From positions 1 to 55,876 of the forward strand of contig JBBTTY010000041.1 of NCBI GenBank assembly GCA_038063975.1: a stretch of 55,876 bases of DNA, written 5' to 3'. This stretch comes from Patescibacteria group bacterium (GTDB taxonomy: Bacteria > Patescibacteriota > Minisyncoccia > Phycocordibacterales > UBA6065). The position numbers were made by a program, and so were the translations under genes. The notes under the pieces were generated by a model, which saw only the letters and a list, made by a program, of their open reading frames with translations, was not told the DNA's origin and did no database searches. Shown in pieces: positions 18,032-24,897 of this stretch (position 1 is its first letter; every line of letters begins with the position of its first letter).

Positions 18032-18487
18032 TTATTTCTGCGTAATATTGAAAAGTTTTTGCAGTCGGCGTTTGTGTCTTTCGTCTCCGGAAAAAGGTGT
18101 AGCGAGCCACAGTGTCACGGCACTCATAGCATCTGTGGAAGAGAGAAATCGTGCGCCGAGAGACAGTATATTGGCGTCATTGTGTTCGCGGGAAAGCTTT
18201 ATGATGTCTTGGTTGCCTCCGTAATAAACAGCCGTGCGAACACCGTAGAATTTGTTTGCGCACATTGCTTCGCCTTCACCTGAAGCTCCTATGACTATGC
18301 CTTTTGCACTAGACGGCTCTCTGGAAATTTCTTTGGCCACTAAGGAAATAAAATCGGGATAATCATCTTCCGGATTGAATTCTTTTGGTCCTAAATCCCT
18401 CACATCATGTCCGGCCAGAGAAAGCCTCTCAACTAAGAATTTTTTGAGTTCAAACCCAGCATGATCTGATGCGATAAAAATTCTCAT
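18032..18487 (-). CDS. rpiB: Ribose-5-phosphate isomerase B
   Basis: MRIFIASDHAGFELKKFL N-terminus, GEGEAMCANK, 151 aa. Confidence 0.88.
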   Translation of the reverse strand: MRIFIASDHAGFELKKFLVERLSLAGHDVRDLGPKEFNPEDDYPDFISLVAKEISREPSSAKGIVIGASGEGEAMCANKFYGVRTAVYYGGNQDIIKLSREHNDANILSLGARFLSSTDAMSAVTLWLATPFSGDERHKRRLQKLFNITQK

Positions 18488-18500
18488 AAATTAAATATAA

Positions 18501-19538
18501 TTAAATATATTGCGCCGTTTTTTTGACGTGATCGACGAGAGTATGGGCATACCCCATCTCATTGTCATACCAAGCCAGGACTTTTACGAGATTGTCTCCA
18601 ATTACGCGTGTAAACTTGAGATCGGCGATAGAGGCATACTGCGAACCCAAAATGTCAGATGAGACAAGTTCTTCCTCTGTTACCTCAAAAATTCCTTTCC
18701 AGCGAGCCTCGCCTGAGGCTTTTTTGAGAGCGATGTTTACTTCTTCTACTGTGGTATTTCTTTTTGCTATGAAAGTTATATCGACAATCGAACCGGCGAC
18801 AACGGGTACGCGGATAGCTATGCCATCAAATTTGTTTTGGAACTGTGTCAGAGCTTTGGTTGTGGCCATAGCCGCACCGGTGGATGAAGGCACGATGTTC
18901 ATAGCTGCCGCTCTGCCCTCGCGCCAATCTTTTTTATTCGGTCCATCTACAATTCCCTGGCTCGCCGTGTATCCATGGACAGTATTGAGAACTGCTTTTT
19001 CAATTCCAATTGCTTCGTCTAGTATGGCAAGCAGAGGACTGCCGGCGTTTGTCGTACATGAAGCATTCGAAGTAATATTGCATGTTTTCAACTTGTCTTC
19101 ATTTATACCCATAAGAACGGTTTCGCCGTTTGTGGTAGAATCCCCTTTTGCCGGCGCACTGATCACCACTCTCTTTGCCCCCGCTTCAATATGAATTTTT
19201 GCTTTATCATACGAAGTGAAAAGTCCCGTGGATTCAACGACTACGTCTATATTCATTTTTTTCCACGGTAATTGTGATGGTTCTTTCTGGCTTAAAAAAA
19301 ATATTTTCTTTCCATCAACCAAGAGATATGGATCGCTTCCTTCTACAGCAGTCACATCAAAGGGAAAAGTCTTATAGACCGTGTCGTATTTCAAGAGATA
19401 GGCCATATTTTTAATATCGCCGAGGTCGTTCACGGCGACAATTTCAATTTCTTCGTGTTCGCGAGCTACTTTGAGGAAAGCTCTGCCTATTCTGCCGAAG
19501 CCGTTTATAGCCACTCTAATTTTTCTTTTTGAGAACAT
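18501..19538 (-). CDS. gap: Type I glyceraldehyde-3-phosphate dehydrogenase
   Basis: INGFGRIGR NAD-binding and SNASCTTN catalytic Cys motifs. Confidence 0.93.
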   Translation of the reverse strand: MFSKRKIRVAINGFGRIGRAFLKVAREHEEIEIVAVNDLGDIKNMAYLLKYDTVYKTFPFDVTAVEGSDPYLLVDGKKIFFLSQKEPSQLPWKKMNIDVVVESTGLFTSYDKAKIHIEAGAKRVVISAPAKGDSTTNGETVLMGINEDKLKTCNITSNASCTTNAGSPLLAILDEAIGIEKAVLNTVHGYTASQGIVDGPNKKDWREGRAAAMNIVPSSTGAAMATTKALTQFQNKFDGIAIRVPVVAGSIVDITFIAKRNTTVEEVNIALKKASGEARWKGIFEVTEEELVSSDILGSQYASIADLKFTRVIGDNLVKVLAWYDNEMGYAHTLVDHVKKTAQYI

Positions 19539-19558
19539 GTTTATGATTTATGTGATGA

Positions 19559-19567
19559 ATTATAGCA
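19559..19567 (-). promoter_or_regulatory. Extended -10 element (TGCTATAAT) upstream of gap
   Basis: Reverse complement of ATTATAGCA, 21 nt upstream of the gap ATG; no clear -35. Confidence 0.4.
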
Positions 19568-19570
19568 TTG

Positions 19571-19707
19571 TAAGCAGAAAAGAAAGCGAAAAGAAGTCTG
19601 TGAGTGGAGACTCTCGGAGCACGACGGTGCGAGAGTGAGCTGCTCCGTCAGCAGACGGAGACAGCGTGCTCCACGAGCAGACTTCTTTTCGCTTTCTTTT
19701 CTGCTTA
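19571..19707 (+). repeat. Family-2 nested hairpin element, copy 2 (perfect 30-bp stem + three-way-junction core)
   Basis: TAAGCAGAAAAGAAAGCGAAAAGAAGTCTG pairs perfectly with CAGACTTCTTTTCGCTTTCTTTTCTGCTTA; conserved core 19601-19677. Confidence 0.88.
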
Positions 19708-19749
19708 TTTCTCCCCATATATTCCACAGCTTATCAACATTATTAAACC

Positions 19750-19777
19750 TTGATAGACGTTTTAAAATGAGTATAAT
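19750..19777 (+). promoter_or_regulatory. Sigma70-like promoter of the MerR-like gene
   Basis: TTGATA, 16-nt spacer, TATAAT; 25 nt upstream of ATG 19802. Confidence 0.55.
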
Positions 19778-19801
19778 TTATAACTATATAAATCAAGCTT
19801 T

Positions 19802-20050
19802 ATGGCAGTCTCATTTATGATGATAAAAGATGCAGCGAAGTATTTGGGGGTCTCTCCTCTCACTTTACGTAATTGGGATAAGCAAGGAAAGCTCCCAGCT
19901 ACCCGTCATCCCATGTCAAACTACCGAATTTACAAAATAGAGCATATAGAAAAACTTCTTAAAGACATAGAAGCTGGAATCATTCCCACAAAAGCAAAAC
20001 CGCGTAAAGTTTTGAAAAGAAAACTCACAGTAAAAAGTGTTATAGACTAA
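19802..20050 (+). CDS. MerR/excisionase-family HTH DNA-binding protein (82 aa)
   Basis: IKDAAKYLGVSPLTLRNWDKQGKLPATRHPMSNYRIY matches the MerR/Xis-type winged HTH. Confidence 0.7.
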   Translation: MAVSFMMIKDAAKYLGVSPLTLRNWDKQGKLPATRHPMSNYRIYKIEHIEKLLKDIEAGIIPTKAKPRKVLKRKLTVKSVID

Positions 20051-20084
20051 AGCTATCTCGGTTATCTCGGATACACGAGATAGT

Positions 20085-20187
20085 AAAAAAAGTGGCAGAT
20101 ATAAGTTCTCATTGCTCGGGAGGGGACCCTTGCCTAAGGGCAATCCCTCTCCCTCGCAGCCTCGAACTTATATCTGCCACTTTTTTT
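20085..20187 (+). repeat. Family-1 nested hairpin element, copy B
   Basis: AAAAAAAGTGGCAGATATAAGTTC ... GAACTTATATCTGCCACTTTTTTT around the 55-nt core 20109-20163. Confidence 0.85.
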
Positions 20188-20192
20188 ACCAT

Positions 20193-20555
20193 CTATGAAA
20201 TCGATGTAATCGCTACTTTAAAATACGGCTGACGATGGCCTTGTTTTTTAAAATATTTGCTTTTTGGCTTGTAATGGACGACGGTTACCTTTGGATCGCG
20301 ACCAATTTCCTTTATTTCGCCCTCCACCTTTGAATTGCTCACAAATGGAGTTCCCACTACAGTTTGACTGGCATTATCCACTAAGAGAACTTTATCAAAT
20401 GTAATCTTACCGCCTATAACGTGATTTCCGATGATTTTTTCTATTTTTATGATATTTCCCACACTTACTTTATATTGCTTGCCTCCGGTCATTATAACAG
20501 CAAAAGCACTAGTTCCAATTACCTTTTGCGTCTTTTTTGTTTTATCTGTAGCCAT
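20193..20555 (-). CDS. rplU: 50S ribosomal protein L21
   Basis: FAVIMTGGKQYKVSVGNII core; 120 aa with short N-terminal extension. Confidence 0.88.
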   Translation of the reverse strand: MATDKTKKTQKVIGTSAFAVIMTGGKQYKVSVGNIIKIEKIIGNHVIGGKITFDKVLLVDNASQTVVGTPFVSNSKVEGEIKEIGRDPKVTVVHYKPKSKYFKKQGHRQPYFKVAITSIS

Positions 20556-20627
20556 AGTTTGAACAGTATTGCATATAGCCTTTTAAAAGGCAAGAATATA
20601 AGCCCTATATAACAGTATATGCATCGC

Positions 20628-21707
20628 TTACTCTTCCATTTCAGGTTTTTCCACGAGCACAGGATCCAGTCCTACTGCTGTGCCTGTAATACGTAAAACG
20701 TCTTTGTCTACTTTTTTCAACTCTTTTGAAGAAAATACATATTGATTCACAACTGTCGCTAAATTGTTACCGAGTTTGTTGTGATAGTCCTCGTAGGCTT
20801 TCAGATGCTTGCCGAGTTCCCCCACCCGCAGAACGATATCTTTGGCCGTTTCTTCTATTTGCATGGCTTTCAATCCTTGGAGTACGGTTTGAAGATATGC
20901 CAGAAATGATGTCGGAGAAACAATAATCACTTTGAATTTATTTGCCGCTCTCTGAATTAAATTATCCGTATCTTCCGTAATAGCCCCGATTTTATTCACC
21001 AACAGATCATAATAAATTGCTTCATGAGGAATAAACATAAAAGCAAAGTCCATAGTACCTTCACTCGGCCTGATATATTTTGAAGTTTCCTGAATACGTA
21101 ATTTGAGGTCGCCCACAAATAATTTCTCCAGCCTAATTTTTTCAACCTCGTTTTTTTCCTCCGCCAAACGGTTATAATTTTCCAAAGAGAATTTCGAATC
21201 AATAGGGATAATCTTATCTTTCACCCGCACGATGGCGTCAACAATCTCTCCATCTTTGAATGGATATTGCATTTGATAACTGCCCGGCGGTAAAACATTT
21301 TTCAGAAGAGCTTCTAGATAGTATTCGCCGAGAACACCACGTTGTTTTGGATTTTTCAATATATCTTGAAGGTTCTGCAATTGATCGGCAAAGTTCACCA
21401 TTTGTTTGCCCGTCTCCTCTACCCTAGTCACTTTCTCTGTCATTGTACCGAGTTCTTTCAAAAACTTGTCCACTAGCTTTTGAGACTCGGAAAACTGATT
21501 GCGCATAGAATCTCCCACCGTGCGATTGGTTTCCCCTATTTTTTTATCCACCGTACGATTCAGCTCATTCATCTGATTGAGTAGAAGTTTCATGGCTTCA
21601 TTATCATTTTTTTCTATTTCCGGTTTCTTTTTGAGAATAAAAAAGAGAATACCTGCATTCAAAACTAGGATTAATATTCCAAATATAATGAGAAGCGAAC
21701 TGGTCAT
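20628..21707 (-). CDS. rmuC: DNA recombination protein RmuC
   Basis: N-terminal TM, long coiled coil, C-terminal FAFMFIPHEAIYYDLL RmuC-type nuclease-like region. Confidence 0.8.
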   Translation of the reverse strand: MTSSLLIIFGILILVLNAGILFFILKKKPEIEKNDNEAMKLLLNQMNELNRTVDKKIGETNRTVGDSMRNQFSESQKLVDKFLKELGTMTEKVTRVEETGKQMVNFADQLQNLQDILKNPKQRGVLGEYYLEALLKNVLPPGSYQMQYPFKDGEIVDAIVRVKDKIIPIDSKFSLENYNRLAEEKNEVEKIRLEKLFVGDLKLRIQETSKYIRPSEGTMDFAFMFIPHEAIYYDLLVNKIGAITEDTDNLIQRAANKFKVIIVSPTSFLAYLQTVLQGLKAMQIEETAKDIVLRVGELGKHLKAYEDYHNKLGNNLATVVNQYVFSSKELKKVDKDVLRITGTAVGLDPVLVEKPEMEE

Positions 21708-21727
21708 GATTGTAGTATACTTTGCTT

Positions 21728-22183
21728 ATGACCCTACATCAAACAATAAAAAGCCATATAAAAGAATCCATGCTTGCCAAAAACGAAATCCGTACTCTCG
21801 TCTTGCGTGGCGTTCAAGCAGAAATACAAAAGGAGCTCATAGCCAAAAAATCTACGGCAAACGAAGGCACGGACGAAGAAGTTTTAACCATTATAAAAAG
21901 ACTGGTAAAGCAAAGAAAAGATTCCATAGATCAATTTACAAAGGGTGGCCGACCAGATCTCGCAGAAAATGAATCAAAAGAATTAAAAATCCTCTCTGCC
22001 TATCTCCCCGCCACCATGCCATTGGAAGAAATTAAAAAAATAGCATTGATCAAAAAAACAGAACTCAAAATCACAGACAAAACAGGTGCAGGCAAACTGA
22101 TTGGCACGATTTCAAAGGAACTTAAAGGTAAAGCGGAGGGGTCTGATATAAAAGTTGTCGTAGATAGTCTTTTTGTTGTATAG
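21728..22183 (+). CDS. GatB/YqeY domain protein
   Basis: IKESMLAKNEIRTLVLRGVQAEI ... LSAYLP pattern of YqeY; ATG 21728 preferred over TTG 21722. Confidence 0.8.
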   Translation: MTLHQTIKSHIKESMLAKNEIRTLVLRGVQAEIQKELIAKKSTANEGTDEEVLTIIKRLVKQRKDSIDQFTKGGRPDLAENESKELKILSAYLPATMPLEEIKKIALIKKTELKITDKTGAGKLIGTISKELKGKAEGSDIKVVVDSLFVV

Positions 22184-22226
22184 TTGCAACAGTTGTAACT
22201 TGTAAATTCAACCAAAGGAGGCAATC

Positions 22227-22895
22227 ATGCCCGAATTAATAGATCTTTCCCTATCAGCAAAGGAGAGAGAGAAACAAAGAAAATTGTTAGAGAAAAAACA
22301 AGCTCGTATAGCCAGTTCTTGGTTTATTTGGATCGCATTTGAAAGACCGCTCAAAGAAAATCAGCCAGAGTATCTCAAATCCTTGTATGATACTGTTCGC
22401 AGGATTTCACAGGAAATCGTATATGCAGATACCGTAGAGGGTAGAAACATCAGATGGGATGAAGCTCGAAACAGGATTTTGGATTTCGATCTTATAGAGA
22501 GAACGGCAAAAAGATTTGGAAAATCTCATGCCACGATACAAGGTGATATAGGCAGAGTCGCTAGTCACAATTCCTGGTTGGCTCGTATCAACAGAAATGG
22601 TGATTATGGAATATTAAATAACATAATCAAAGAAAGCACGAAAAATTCCAAGATTAATGTGCCAGTAATTGCGATGCCTGTAGCGCCACCTATTGTCATG
22701 ACGGCAATAGAAATAAAACGTAAAGTGGTTCAATTAAATACGGCCTTTCAAAAAACACAGAAAGAGTTTCTTGGTGATGAACCTCCACGAGCTCGAACTG
22801 TGATGTTTAGCTTTGTGAGCGAAATGGACCTAATGTCGACAAATCATCCAAAGAAAAAACCTCGCAGAAATTGGAGGAGAGAAATTGGAGTGTAA
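22227..22895 (+). CDS. Hypothetical protein (222 aa) with a possible HTH and basic C-terminus
   Basis: Strong SD AAAGGAGG 8 nt upstream; IERTAKRFGKSHATIQGDIGRV resembles an HTH; no family recognised. Confidence 0.55.
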   Translation: MPELIDLSLSAKEREKQRKLLEKKQARIASSWFIWIAFERPLKENQPEYLKSLYDTVRRISQEIVYADTVEGRNIRWDEARNRILDFDLIERTAKRFGKSHATIQGDIGRVASHNSWLARINRNGDYGILNNIIKESTKNSKINVPVIAMPVAPPIVMTAIEIKRKVVQLNTAFQKTQKEFLGDEPPRARTVMFSFVSEMDLMSTNHPKKKPRRNWRREIGV

Positions 22896-22928
22896 CAACA
22901 CTCTATTTTCGGACATTATTTCACGAGC

Positions 22929-22957
22929 TTGACAGAATGAGATAGTGGGTGTATAAT
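22929..22957 (+). promoter_or_regulatory. Consensus sigma70 promoter with extended -10
   Basis: TTGACA (22929-22934), 17-nt spacer ending TG, TATAAT (22952-22957); ATG at 22967. Confidence 0.7.
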
Positions 22958-22966
22958 GGCGATTAG

Positions 22967-23311
22967 ATGATCATGAAAACCAAAGCCGGCTCGAAGCCAT
23001 ATCAGTTCGAGGCCGTCGTAGGAAAATTAGCTGATAGAGCTGAAAACCTGCTTCCTTCTTTGAGAGAAGGAGCTTCCATACACGATGCAGCGATGCTCGT
23101 CGCCATGGAAGAATACAGGGTGGTTGACAGCGCGTCAGCCAAAATCTATGCGGCCATAGTCACGGAGCTCTTCAATCGCAAGAGATTTGAGGAGTTCCAC
23201 CAAAAGCGGACACTCTCGTCCGCAATGGCTCACGGGTACACGTCTGCTGCGCACTCTGCCACAGCACTCGCGAAGATCGAAGACGACGCAGTCGTCATTG
23301 ATCACAAATAG
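22967..23311 (+). CDS. Hypothetical protein (114 aa), Ala-rich, no recognised domain
   Basis: ORF between a consensus promoter and a strong terminator; locally higher GC by eye. Confidence 0.55.
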   Translation: MIMKTKAGSKPYQFEAVVGKLADRAENLLPSLREGASIHDAAMLVAMEEYRVVDSASAKIYAAIVTELFNRKRFEEFHQKRTLSSAMAHGYTSAAHSATALAKIEDDAVVIDHK

Positions 23312-23316
23312 ACAGA

Positions 23317-23354
23317 GTGACCGGAAGCATTTATGCTCTCCGGTCACTTTTTTC
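23317..23354 (+). terminator. Intrinsic terminator
   Basis: GTGACCGGAAGCAT / ATGCTCTCCGGTCAC stem (1-nt bulge) followed by TTTTTT. Confidence 0.7.
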
Positions 23355-23432
23355 TTGATAAAAACTGAAAAATTGGCTATTCTCTAAAAGCTTTCGCAAT
23401 ATTGATTAGTGTTAGTCGATGATTTTTAAGAC

Positions 23433-23504
23433 GGCCCTATCGTCTAATGGTCAGGACAGGAGCTTTTCAAGCTCTAAATCGGGGTCCGATTCCCCGTAGG
23501 GTCA
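23433..23504 (+). tRNA. tRNA-Glu (anticodon UUC), no encoded CCA
   Basis: Cloverleaf by hand: acceptor GGCCCTA/TAGGGTC, anticodon arm GGAGC-TTTTCAA-GCTCT, T-arm CGGGG-TCCGATT-CCCCG (C at position 55). Confidence 0.85.
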
Positions 23505-23571
23505 CAAGTGAACTATCAAAACTGATGAATTATATTATGTACGACGGCAAGAAAAAAAGTACATGATACTG

Positions 23572-24879
23572 TTACCGTTTTTTCCACTCTTCTTCTTGTC
23601 TAACCAAGAGTTCCCCGGCTTTTGAAGGATTTTCCAAAAGTGCTAGAACGATTCTTTCCATTCTCATGGATTGAGAGCCTTTTACGAGTATTACATCACC
23701 TTCACGCAAGATGTCGGCTATAGATTTGACAGCCTGTTCGGAAGTTTCAAATGAGAGTATACGATCGGCTGACATACCAGCTTTTCGGGCGCCATCTGCC
23801 ATATCTCTGGCTAGCTCTCCTACCGTGACAAGTGTATGGACTATTTCTCCGGCTAATTTACCTATATCTCTGTGAGCTTTTTTTGTGTGAGCGCCGAGTT
23901 CCTTCATATCGGCCAAAACGGCAATTTTTTTGCCTCTGACGGATAGTTCTTTTAAAGTTTTTAAAGCTTCAACACACGCTATAGGAGAAGAATTATATGT
24001 GTCGTCTACGATGGTACTTTTTGATTTGCCTGCGAGCAATCGCATCCTGCCTCTAGGCTCTCTTTGGTGTTTGAAGATATCTGCCAAATCATTTGCAATA
24101 TTTAAAATAAAAGCCACAGCACAGGCGGCGGCAACTGAATACATAATATGACTGCCTATTACCCCATTGAGCTCTATTCTCTCTCCTCGGCCATTTATAT
24201 CTAGAACCCCACTTTGTCCGTGCGGTCTTGCCGGAAATACATTATCATATAGGGTTTCTGTTTCAATAATTTTTACCCCAGCTTCTTTAGCTTGACCATA
24301 AAATATTTTGTTTACATCTAGGTCTTTTACAGCCTTTGTAAAGTATGAATCATCCGCATTTACAACGAGCGTGCCACCCTGCTTCAAAGATCGCACCAAA
24401 AACATTTTTTCGTGCAGAACTTCTTCTGTGTTTTCAAAATATTCTATATGCACAGGCACATCCGCCATACGAGTGAGAACGACGATATCAGCATGGAGCC
24501 ATTTCCCCACTTTTTCTATATCTCCCGGGTGATCTGCACCGATTTCGAGAACGAGCCACTCTGGAAATGAGTTGCTAGAGAGAGCTATACGAGCACCTCG
24601 CCAGATATTTCTGGCCCAACCGGAAGCCGAAGACCATTGATTTTCCAATCCTAATATAGCCAGAGGTAGGCCAATTTCGCTATTCATGCTCTTTTGACTC
24701 TTTCTCGTTTCAAAAGCGCTCGATACAATTGCATATATGGCGTCTTTAGTCCCTGTTTTACCCACGCTTCCCGTCACGGCGATAATTTTTGGTTTGTGAC
24801 GCATCAAAGCCTTTTGAGCTTCGAATGTAAGAATAGCTACTGTAATTTTTTTTGCGGTTTTTTTGAGAAAATTTCTCAT
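23572..24879 (-). CDS. murF: UDP-MurNAc-tripeptide--D-Ala-D-Ala ligase MurF
   Basis: AVTGSVGKTGTKD P-loop, Mur ligase middle and C-terminal domains, dcw context. Confidence 0.88.
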   Translation of the reverse strand: MRNFLKKTAKKITVAILTFEAQKALMRHKPKIIAVTGSVGKTGTKDAIYAIVSSAFETRKSQKSMNSEIGLPLAILGLENQWSSASGWARNIWRGARIALSSNSFPEWLVLEIGADHPGDIEKVGKWLHADIVVLTRMADVPVHIEYFENTEEVLHEKMFLVRSLKQGGTLVVNADDSYFTKAVKDLDVNKIFYGQAKEAGVKIIETETLYDNVFPARPHGQSGVLDINGRGERIELNGVIGSHIMYSVAAACAVAFILNIANDLADIFKHQREPRGRMRLLAGKSKSTIVDDTYNSSPIACVEALKTLKELSVRGKKIAVLADMKELGAHTKKAHRDIGKLAGEIVHTLVTVGELARDMADGARKAGMSADRILSFETSEQAVKSIADILREGDVILVKGSQSMRMERIVLALLENPSKAGELLVRQEEEWKKR

Positions 24880-24897
24880 TCAGTTTTACCTTTCATT

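Noticed and set aside
18562-19194. Long antisense ORFs inside well-supported genes (for example 18562-19194 in gap, 15107-15795 in tkt-C, 16382-16762 in tkt-N, 10036-10404 in ctp, 11714-12079 in cysS, 51922-52332)
   Set aside because: These are shadow ORFs opposite strongly conserved coding frames, with low-complexity or Arg/Ser/Cys-rich translations and no motifs.
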